A stretch of 32,000 nucleotides of DNA. Source: Candidatus Heimdallarchaeota archaeon. GTDB lineage: Archaea; Asgardarchaeota; Heimdallarchaeia; Heimdallarchaeales; Kariarchaeaceae. The notes beneath the pieces were generated by a model, which saw only the letters and a program-made list of their open reading frames with translations, was not told the DNA's origin and made no database searches. Where the stretch lies: contig JASBSB010000007.1 in assembly GCA_030149205.1 (NCBI GenBank), positions 300,001 through 332,000 of the forward strand, read 5' to 3'. The position numbers were made by a program, and so were the translations under genes. Shown here piece after piece: positions 17,135 through 25,446 of the stretch (its first letter is position 1; each line of letters opens with the position of its first letter).

Positions 17135-19747
17135 TTGAAGGTAACAAGACAATTCCTTGAAAAATATTTGAGAAAGGATGATCTTATCTTTATAGCAGAA
17201 AATATAGATTTAGACCCCTCAGGAACAAAAAGAGAATTAACAGACAAAATTGTAAAGCATGGAAAACTTGATTTTTATGACTTGGAAGCCTATTTGTTAA
17301 AGGATGACTTAAAGGAAATCTGCGATAAAATGGGTCTTGCTGTAAGCGGGACAAAAATTGAACTGGTACAAAGAATAATTGATGAGTATAAAGATTCATC
17401 CAACCAATTTTATACTGAAGAGGAATCTAATCAAACACCACCTAAAAAAACTAAACCTTCAAACATGAGGAAATACGACGATCTTGATGCAGTTTATGAA
17501 AAATTGGAACTGGTTATCTCACATGAAAAATTAATGGCTGAGTTAGATGAATGGAACCTTGGGTTCATCGTGACAACGTTCCAAAGCTCAAAAGATATCC
17601 AAATTATATTCTTTCTCAAATCAAAAAAAGACCCCCTAATGCTTGTCAGAGGGGATCAGATTCTAAACAACAATCATACTTTCGACTCTTTAACAATGCC
17701 AAAGGATGTTTTTTACCAAAAACTCAAAGAATTTACGAGTTATTTTCCAACATCAAATAAATTATTCACGAACGATGACTTAACAAAAAGCTACCTAACC
17801 ATCAATGAAAGCGAACTGAAATCATTATTAGAATTAAAGGATATATTAGAAAATCTAAACTTTCAGATCTACGTTGATCGCAATATCCTTGCTAAAAATG
17901 TTTCAAAGATGAGGCCGCAGATTCGATTTGTATCACAAGGGATAACACCATTAGAATTCGATGTAATTGCAGCTATAGGAGATCAAGAAATTAATTTATC
18001 TCAAATTGATGAACAAAGCAAAATTTTACAACCTTATGTCGAGTTTCAAAACCGATTCTTTCATGTTTCCAACTTTGACAAATTTATCAAAATTGTAGAG
18101 CGAATTCAGTCCTCTCTGAAAAAGTTAGATAATATTGAAAAAATTAGGTTGAAAAATGGTGATATAGGGGTTCTACCCCCCACCCTCAAAACCGAGCTTG
18201 AAAAAGACGAGATTGAAATAATACCATATGAATACAATGATATCAGCGTTTCCGAGATCCAGGTAGATCCTGCAATCCTTGCAAAATCCGTTTCTGCAAT
18301 AAAACTTAAGGATTACCAAAAAACTGGAGTCGCAAGATTACTGGCTGCAATGAGCAGAAAAAGCTATAACTTTTTTTTGTTGGCTGATGATATGGGGATG
18401 GGAAAAACAATACAAACTCTGGTCAGTTTGACATATCTGAAATTAACTAGAAAACTTAACAACCCGGTGCTATTAATTGTCCCCTTCGTCCAAATTTTTA
18501 ATGAGTGGGAAACCCAGATAATAAATTATGCTCCAGCCTTAAATTACCTGATTTACCATAGCTCTCGCCATAACGAAATCAGCAGACAAACGAACAAAAT
18601 TCAGGTAAATGACTTAGTAATAACCACTATTCAGACCTTCAAAATCAATTTCAATAGTTTTAATAGGTATACCTGGGACGGAATTATTATAGATGAAGCT
18701 TCTAAATGCATTCGCAATCCAGAAACTCAAAATCACAGAGCTATAATTAAGTTTGTAAAGGCAAATCCCAAAGCCTTTCGCCTGGCATTAACAGGCACAC
18801 CAATAGAGAATCGACTTCAGGATCTTTGGGCTGTATTTAGATTCCTTGAACCAGGATATTTACTCTCTCAGAAAAAATTCCATGAGAGCTTTGGAACAGA
18901 AGAATTGGATACATCCTCACCTAAATTTGAGCTACTCTTAAACCTAATCTACCCATTCATTTTATACCGACGTCGAACTGATTTCTTAGACCTCCCACCA
19001 TTGGAAGAAATTAAGGTCTCCTGCACACTGACACAAAAACAGATAGTTAAATACAAAACCTGGGTTAACCTGTTTGAAAAAAGTCTTGGTACTAACATGG
19101 AACAATCTGGGAGAGTTAATCTTATTCTCAAAACAATTATCAGACTCAAGCAAATTGCTAATCATCCAGCAAGCATTGAAGAGGAGATTGACCTCAACAC
19201 AGTAAATAAAAAAGACTCGGGGAAAGTCCTGAAACTGATAGAGCTCCTGAAAAAGCATAAAAGTCAGGGTGAAAAATGTATCATCTTCACACAGTTTGTT
19301 AATACCGGTAAAATTCTGCAGAAAATAATCAAAGACGAATTCGGGGGTCCGGTCTTGTTTTATTTTGGAGGATTAACAGCAAACAAAAGACAAGAAACCC
19401 AACAATTATTTAATGAAAATCCAGATTATTGGGTTATGGTCATATCAACCCACTCGGGAAGCTTTGGGTTAAACCTGCAGGCTGGAACCGTTGTAATACA
19501 CTTTGATCGCTGGTGGAACCCCGCTGTTGAAAACCAAGGGACAGCAAGAATTCACAGAATAGGACAGAAAGAAAAAGTTACTGCTTATAAACTCATAACC
19601 AAAGGAACCATAGAGGAGCAGATTGATGCATTACTTGAATCAAAGCTAAAACAAAATGCGATTCTGGAACAAGTGTCAACCATGAACGAACTTAAGGCAA
19701 TGTCCAATGACAAACTCAAAGAAATCTTGCGCTATAAAGATACATAA
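17135..19747 (+). CDS. SNF2-family (SF2) ATPase with two N-terminal SAP-like motifs
   Basis: LADDMGMGKT, IIDEA, LTGTPIENRLQDLW, FTQF, GLNLQ, HFDRWWNPAVENQ..R.HRIGQ. N-terminal LRKDDL..IA..IDL..SGTKREL..KI and LLKDDLKEIC..MGL..SGTKIELVQRI. Confidence 0.92.
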   Translation: MKVTRQFLEKYLRKDDLIFIAENIDLDPSGTKRELTDKIVKHGKLDFYDLEAYLLKDDLKEICDKMGLAVSGTKIELVQRIIDEYKDSSNQFYTEEESNQTPPKKTKPSNMRKYDDLDAVYEKLELVISHEKLMAELDEWNLGFIVTTFQSSKDIQIIFFLKSKKDPLMLVRGDQILNNNHTFDSLTMPKDVFYQKLKEFTSYFPTSNKLFTNDDLTKSYLTINESELKSLLELKDILENLNFQIYVDRNILAKNVSKMRPQIRFVSQGITPLEFDVIAAIGDQEINLSQIDEQSKILQPYVEFQNRFFHVSNFDKFIKIVERIQSSLKKLDNIEKIRLKNGDIGVLPPTLKTELEKDEIEIIPYEYNDISVSEIQVDPAILAKSVSAIKLKDYQKTGVARLLAAMSRKSYNFFLLADDMGMGKTIQTLVSLTYLKLTRKLNNPVLLIVPFVQIFNEWETQIINYAPALNYLIYHSSRHNEISRQTNKIQVNDLVITTIQTFKINFNSFNRYTWDGIIIDEASKCIRNPETQNHRAIIKFVKANPKAFRLALTGTPIENRLQDLWAVFRFLEPGYLLSQKKFHESFGTEELDTSSPKFELLLNLIYPFILYRRRTDFLDLPPLEEIKVSCTLTQKQIVKYKTWVNLFEKSLGTNMEQSGRVNLILKTIIRLKQIANHPASIEEEIDLNTVNKKDSGKVLKLIELLKKHKSQGEKCIIFTQFVNTGKILQKIIKDEFGGPVLFYFGGLTANKRQETQQLFNENPDYWVMVISTHSGSFGLNLQAGTVVIHFDRWWNPAVENQGTARIHRIGQKEKVTAYKLITKGTIEEQIDALLESKLKQNAILEQVSTMNELKAMSNDKLKEILRYKDT

Positions 19748-19868
19748 CCCGATGATATGCCCATCAGATTGCCTGAAATGACAACAACACCGACAACAAT
19801 TCTATACTTATTACTGGAAGATATCACAAAACCGTGCCAAAGAATTTTTTTGGAGGAGCTCCACTTCC

Positions 19869-20402
19869 CTAAACCTTACTGATCCCCCTCCAACCACTGG
19901 CTGGAAGATCGTGTCTCTTCAAAACCTGATTCAGTATCGCTGTGTGTTCCATGATATGACGCATGTTGTACAGCAGCAGCTCACCCTTAGACATGTCTAA
20001 CCAGGGAAACCCACTCTCATCTGCCAGCTGAGATACCAGATCGCCGGCAAAATATGTGCGCAGATTCTGACGGGAGTGCTCAAGAAACCTGAGTATGTCC
20101 TCCTTGCTGACAACGTCTTCCATAATGTCATCAAGGGAGGTCTCAGCATACTTCAACAGAAAGTCTGGGTGACGGTAGGTCTCATGAATATTGCTGACAC
20201 CCGGTCTGAATGTCGCAAAGTAGTAATCAACAAAGAAGACCACATGAGCTGAGATGCGCCAGAATGGTGGGTTATCGTCTACGTGATCCCACATGTCTGC
20301 TGTTGCTGTCTCAATAGCCACCTGGAGCATGTCAAGAGATGCACCCAGCTGTCGGTTCACCCAGCTCACCCAATCAGTGGGGAACTTAGAATCCATACTC
20401 AA
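19869..20402 (-). CDS. DinB/YfiT-like four-helix-bundle metalloprotein
   Basis: WRISAHVV...YF and LLYNMRHIMEH His motifs. Confidence 0.8.
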   Translation of the reverse strand: MSMDSKFPTDWVSWVNRQLGASLDMLQVAIETATADMWDHVDDNPPFWRISAHVVFFVDYYFATFRPGVSNIHETYRHPDFLLKYAETSLDDIMEDVVSKEDILRFLEHSRQNLRTYFAGDLVSQLADESGFPWLDMSKGELLLYNMRHIMEHTAILNQVLKRHDLPASGWRGISKV

Positions 20403-20677
20403 GTTGCTATCAAAACCTAATAAAGATAACTCTTGAAATTTGTGCTGAAATATAGTACTAAGAACAGAATATAGAAAAGTATCTATATGATGGGGTGATT
20501 ACATTTGTTTCCAAAATCTCTGACCCAATTTAGGATAAAAATATTAAACAATATCACAATACTCAATTATCTTAATATTAATTTTTCCTAGATAAAAAAT
20601 TATTTATCTAGAAATTATTTTATAATTGTTTGTTGGACTTCAAACTGGTTTATAAATGGAACTTCATAGATTATATT

Positions 20678-21550
20678 ATGAGTAGGTTAGAAGAAAAATC
20701 TATGAATCAATTTTCTTCTCTCTCTGAACCAAAGTTGTATGTTAAGGATTCAAGAGAGTTGTTTGAATTATCAGATGAAAGTATAGAACTAATGATTACG
20801 TCTCCACCATACTGGCAAATTAAAGATTATGGCAATAAGAAGCAGATAGGGTGGAATCAAGACCTAACTAAATACTTCAACGATTTAAATTCTGTATGGT
20901 TAGAGACATATAGGGCTTTGAAAAAGGGAGGACGTATGTGTATTAACATTGGAGATCAGTACATCAGGGGTAGTAAAACAAATCCCTACCAAATTATTCC
21001 TTTACATGCAATGCTTGTCAATAATCTATTAAATGGGATGGAATTAGATTCAAATAACATTATCTATCTTGGAAGTATTATATGGCAAAAAGTGAGTACA
21101 ACAAAAACTTCAGGTGGGGGTGTATTTATGGGATCATATCCTTATCCTCGAAATGGGATGGTTACCTATAACTATGAATACATTGCAATATTCAAAAAGC
21201 TCGGAAAAGATAAATCATTAAAACCCACCCATGAAGCAAAAATTGTTTCAAAGATGAGTAAAGCTGAATGGTCCGAATATTTTACTGGGACTTGGAATTT
21301 TCCTGGAGTTTCTCAAAAAAATCATATCGCTATGTTTCCCGAAGAGCTCCCATATCGCTTGATTAGAATGTTTTCCTTCCCCGGTGAAACCATCTTAGAT
21401 CCTTTTGCTGGTAGTGGAACAACATTGAAAGTAGCAAGTGAACTGGGAAGAAACTCAATTGGTTACGAAATCGGATGGGATACAAAAACAGAAGAATCAT
21501 GGGAAGAAGTTATAAAACAAAAGGTACCAAATATAGAATTCAATTATTAG
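20678..21550 (+). CDS. Beta-class amino-methyltransferase (N4-C/N6-A DNA methyltransferase)
   Basis: Motif IV TSPPY near the N-terminus, H.A.FP, motif I LDPFAGSGTT near the C-terminus. TTTATAAA at 20649-20656 favours ATG 20678 over TTG 20630. Confidence 0.92.
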   Translation: MSRLEEKSMNQFSSLSEPKLYVKDSRELFELSDESIELMITSPPYWQIKDYGNKKQIGWNQDLTKYFNDLNSVWLETYRALKKGGRMCINIGDQYIRGSKTNPYQIIPLHAMLVNNLLNGMELDSNNIIYLGSIIWQKVSTTKTSGGGVFMGSYPYPRNGMVTYNYEYIAIFKKLGKDKSLKPTHEAKIVSKMSKAEWSEYFTGTWNFPGVSQKNHIAMFPEELPYRLIRMFSFPGETILDPFAGSGTTLKVASELGRNSIGYEIGWDTKTEESWEEVIKQKVPNIEFNY

Positions 21551-21918
21551 ATTTCTTCATCATCTAAAGCTATTTCTGTTGCAAATGCTGGTGTTTTATT
21601 CCAATAAAGTGAATAGTTATTAAGCATCTGCAAAGCTCTGTTCTGAATTTTCGTTGACCTTCTCATTAAGGAGTTATATTTTTCTAGTAAGACTTTTTCA
21701 TCCTTTATTAAAAAATAACCCGCATTTTTACCACTAGTTTGTGACCCTAGTGGTAGGTTATATCTTACCATTGCTTCTTTAATAAGTCCTCGAGTCTTTA
21801 TGAAGGTATCATTGTCATCAATATCAAACATTACAGATATGTCTCTTGAAGTTATTGCCTCCAACTCCCCAATATGTTTCATTAACTCTTTTGCGATTTT
21901 TTCAACCTTATCTGTCAT
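21547..21918 (-). CDS. Small winged-helix-like protein
   Basis: ITSRDIS...TRGLIKEAM...PLGS...GYFLI pattern resembles small mobile-element wHTH proteins; convergent 4-bp overlap with the MTase. Confidence 0.5.
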   Translation of the reverse strand: MTDKVEKIAKELMKHIGELEAITSRDISVMFDIDDNDTFIKTRGLIKEAMVRYNLPLGSQTSGKNAGYFLIKDEKVLLEKYNSLMRRSTKIQNRALQMLNNYSLYWNKTPAFATEIALDDEEI

Positions 21919-22162
21919 AAATTTATCCTAGGAATTTTTCCTTGAACTATTAGGGATATAAGCTTATTTAATGTTAACTTAAATATCTCAAAATTCTACA
22001 TGATTAAAGGATAATTTAATGTAAAAACTATATTTGAGATATAATGAAGAAGTAGAATAATTATTTAATCTATGTCATATTTGAGGGTAAATATTAATCT
22101 GAAAATCTAGCTGTGACCGAGAGACTTTACCCACGCACATTTTTCACATATTTTTATAATTG

Positions 22163-22699
22163 TTATGCATTTTTGTTTTCTGAAAAAAATATTGTATGGT
22201 TAATTTTTTCTATCATTAGTTCCAAAATAGTTTTATTTCCATTGCATATTTTTTTAAGGTCATTTCCATCTAAAAGAATTATAAAGAAATCGTTGCTTTT
22301 AAAGAAATTCTGAGCTCTTCGTTTCGCATTTTTGGAAAAAAAACTCGTAGTTACAAACCCTCCAAATTTGCATTTTCTCTCAAAAAATTCACATATCAAG
22401 TGAGACATATCCTTAACATTGATTGTTTCTTTTTGATTTTTACATTCAAATATAGCAAGATTTCCTTGAATGGGGTGCTCTTTTATAAACTCTGGACCAA
22501 TATTAAAATATAGATCCACTTCTGAGGTTTCGGTTCGTATTTGTTTATTTCTGAAGTTGAAATCGTTAATTAAATTAAGCAATTCAATAACCTTATCTTC
22601 AAATTTGTGCCCTTTTGTGTGATTAGAGTCAGTTGGACTATTTGAATACTTTAAGCAAATATTTTTTGCAAGTAATCCAAGGTTTGATTTGTTTTTTTT
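22163..22699 (-). CDS. Mrr-like PD-(D/E)xK restriction endonuclease domain; C-terminal part of a frameshifted gene
   Basis: Frame extends beyond the ORF-track TTG 22582 to include TKGHKFEDKVIELL, then EVD...FECKN and GFVTTSFFSKNA. No ATG/GTG between the in-frame TAA at 22702-22700 and the domain. Confidence 0.8.
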   Translation of the reverse strand, partial: KKNKSNLGLLAKNICLKYSNSPTDSNHTKGHKFEDKVIELLNLINDFNFRNKQIRTETSEVDLYFNIGPEFIKEHPIQGNLAIFECKNQKETINVKDMSHLICEFFERKCKFGGFVTTSFFSKNAKRRAQNFFKSNDFFIILLDGNDLKKICNGNKTILELMIEKINHTIFFSENKNA

Positions 22700-23040
22700 T
22701 TAAATTTTTTGAGATCAAACTTACTTAGATTGGGATAGATATTAAATTGATATAAACCGCTATCAAGATGAATAACGTTATCATCATCGGGGCAATTAAA
22801 TTTCTTGTCAGCATATTCGAGTTCTCCGAACTCCTGATATACCCCACATTTATCACACATTGCTGTCCAATAAAATTTTAGATATCCTTCATTAGCTAGT
22901 TTTTTAATTGTATCATAGAAATTTTTTGAGTCTTGAGACCTCTCCTTTAACGAAAGCCCATTAATCCAGAAGAAACCTTTGTCAATCTCTTCTTGGATCA
23001 TCTCAATTAAAGAATTCGTCAAGAGCCTGTTGGACATCAT
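22651..23040 (-). CDS. Helical/wHTH-like + Cys-cluster protein; likely N-terminal part of the frameshifted nuclease
   Basis: SD GGAGG before ATG 23040; CDKC...CPDDD motif; overlaps the end of the upstream gene; A10 tract near its 3' end. Confidence 0.65.
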   Translation of the reverse strand: MMSNRLLTNSLIEMIQEEIDKGFFWINGLSLKERSQDSKNFYDTIKKLANEGYLKFYWTAMCDKCGVYQEFGELEYADKKFNCPDDDNVIHLDSGLYQFNIYPNLSKFDLKKFKKKTNQTLDYLQKIFA

Positions 23041-23992
23041 CAATTCCTCCTATACTTTTCAAATCTATTTCATTATTAAAGTCAATTTTATTAGAATAGA
23101 CTTTGTCAAAGATTTCTATAATTGCGTTAATGAGATTTTCTTGATAAGTTCTTGTCAACGTATAATCACCAGAAGAGGGATAAAACCTAAAATTTATTTT
23201 TTCATTGGCTTGTCCTTGAACTTGAAAAGATGCTGTTATCTTATGTAGGGTATAATTCTCCTTCGTCATATTTTCTTTGAATTCATCAATCGCACCAAGA
23301 TCGACGTGGCTTGATGTCCTCATTCCTCTTTCAGTGATCAATTCTCCTTCACAGTGAAAGTTGGCATAAGAAACAGACATAGCTTTAAGTAGCTTCATCA
23401 GATCAGAATTATCCATCACAAGTTCTTTTATCATTATATGTGATTTGACCGTAGAAATTATTTGTTGTGGAATGTGCTTACCTCTTACAGCAAGTATACT
23501 GTATTTTTTATACAAAACTAATGTAACATACTCACTTGGAGTTATATACTCCGGAACTCCATTTTTCAAATAAAAGTTAGTAGATGAACTTATTTGAAGA
23601 AAAATAAACTTAAACATAAAATCATTTTCATGTTTGTTAATGAAAAATGTTTTACTTAAGCTGTTGAGAGCACCTATGAGGCTGCTCATATCCGTTAAAT
23701 TTTGTTTTTCTTTTACCCAAAAAAGTTTTCCTTTCCCTCCTGTGTTTGCAAAATTATTATATAATTTTTCTATTTCTTTTTTAGAAAGACCTCTTTTTAA
23801 ATCTAATATATCTGTTGGTGTTAAACCATCAATATTTTTACCTAAGAAATTGAATAAGCGATTAGTAGTTGCATTGCTTTCCATGATTCTTAACAAATAG
23901 TCCAATTTTCCTTTATCGGAATTTATATAATCTAAATTGGGAGCTTCCTCTTCCATTTCCTCTAGATCATTATTTTCATTGTATTCTTCCAT
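23003..23992 (-). CDS. Hypothetical protein (329 aa), first gene of the nuclease operon
   Basis: Long ORF in AT-rich DNA overlapping the next gene; no recognisable motif. Confidence 0.75.
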   Translation of the reverse strand: MEEYNENNDLEEMEEEAPNLDYINSDKGKLDYLLRIMESNATTNRLFNFLGKNIDGLTPTDILDLKRGLSKKEIEKLYNNFANTGGKGKLFWVKEKQNLTDMSSLIGALNSLSKTFFINKHENDFMFKFIFLQISSSTNFYLKNGVPEYITPSEYVTLVLYKKYSILAVRGKHIPQQIISTVKSHIMIKELVMDNSDLMKLLKAMSVSYANFHCEGELITERGMRTSSHVDLGAIDEFKENMTKENYTLHKITASFQVQGQANEKINFRFYPSSGDYTLTRTYQENLINAIIEIFDKVYSNKIDFNNEIDLKSIGGIDDVQQALDEFFN

Positions 23993-24580
23993 TTAACTCC
24001 TATAATCCTCCTTAAGATCATTTTGTAACTTTAAAGTGGTACGAATTTCCTTACCTTTATTTTTGAATAATATATGATCATTATTTAATAGTCTTCTATT
24101 CTGATAAATTAAAAGATCTTTAATTGATTTATATCTTTGTCTTAAATCTTTATTTATTAACTCTCTATTACCATTTTTAATTTTTAAAATTGAAATTAGT
24201 ACAAATAATTTAATATTTTATCCCTCATTTAGCTGTAATTAATAGATTTACCAAATCTAATTAAGCTTTACTAATGTAAGGCAAATGAATTTAGATTATT
24301 CTGGTGTTTCTTGAATTCAATTACAAATGGCTTTTTACTAAATAATTCGATATTGTTAATTTGCTGTACTCAAGAATCTTCGTGTATGACAAAGGAATTA
24401 GTTTCTCATCTGATTTGTGTGTGCATTGTTAACAGTGTGTTCGTTCTATACTGTACACATTGTATATATTAGATGTATTGATTGTATGCGTTAATTGTAT
24501 ATATTGTATTCATTATATGGGACACTGTGTGCATTCTATGATCCAAGCAAAACATAAAAAACCACTCAGAGGAAGACACT

Positions 24581-25414
24581 ATGATGATAAACCAAGAAAT
24601 GCTCAAAGAGCAGCATTATATCGCAGATCAGCAGACAACAACTGTGACAGATATAGCAACCAGGCTCGAAAAACCAATACTCGTCGAGGGACCACCCGGC
24701 ACCGGAAAAACAACCCTCGCCAAGGCAATTGCGGGGGCGACACAAAAACAGCTCATCAGGATCCAGTGCTATGAGGGAATCACTGCAGAACAGGTCATAG
24801 GAGAGTTTAACTACTCAAAACAGCTCCTCGCAATACAGATGGGAAAGAACACCGATATCAACGACCTCTTCACCGCTGAGTACTTCATCAATAGACCACT
24901 CCTCATCGCTATGAATACACCAAGTGTCCTTCTCATCGATGAGATTGACAGGGCGGATGAGGAGTTTGAGGCATTTCTTCTCGAGGCACTCGGAGAGTTT
25001 CAGATAACCGTGCCTGAGCTGGGAACCATCCCCGCAAAACATAAGCCCATCGTCGTCCTCACCTCAAATGGAACAAGGGAGATAAGCCACGCACTAAGAA
25101 GAAGATCATTGTATCTCTACCTCGACTATCCTGACACACTCAAGGAGAAACAGATAATCCAGACACACATTCCACAGATAGACCTGATGCTCGTCGATAA
25201 GATCATACGAACCGTCCAAAGGCTCAGAAACTCTGACAAGATAGCAAATCCACCCTCCGTTGCTGAGACCATCGAGTTTGCAAAAGCTCTCATGATACTC
25301 GGTGAGGAGTTCATTGAGCCAGAAAAAATTACACAGCTGACTGGAATACTACTCAAAACAGCATCTGACCATTATGAGGCAAATAAACTGCTCTCCAAAC
25401 AATCTACGAACTAG
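24581..25414 (+). CDS. moxR: MoxR-family AAA+ ATPase (CoxD-like)
   Basis: VEGPPGTGKT, RIQCYEGI, LLIDEIDRADEEFEAFLLE, FQITVPELG, ALRRR. Confidence 0.93.
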   Translation: MMINQEMLKEQHYIADQQTTTVTDIATRLEKPILVEGPPGTGKTTLAKAIAGATQKQLIRIQCYEGITAEQVIGEFNYSKQLLAIQMGKNTDINDLFTAEYFINRPLLIAMNTPSVLLIDEIDRADEEFEAFLLEALGEFQITVPELGTIPAKHKPIVVLTSNGTREISHALRRRSLYLYLDYPDTLKEKQIIQTHIPQIDLMLVDKIIRTVQRLRNSDKIANPPSVAETIEFAKALMILGEEFIEPEKITQLTGILLKTASDHYEANKLLSKQSTN

Positions 25415-25446
25415 CTCTTTAAATCTCTCAAAATCTACACTCATCT

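Noticed and set aside
16885-19954. dinB duplicate as a DGR template/variable repeat pair
   Set aside because: Mismatches are not adenine-specific on either strand and no reverse transcriptase is present.
22163-22582. TTG 22582 as the start of a stand-alone 139 aa nuclease
   Set aside because: It would omit the conserved KG..FE helix lying upstream in the same frame; a frameshifted fusion fits better.
24460-24774. 104 aa + strand ORF overlapping moxR
   Set aside because: Alternative frame over a strongly supported gene; its N-terminus derives from low-complexity repeats.
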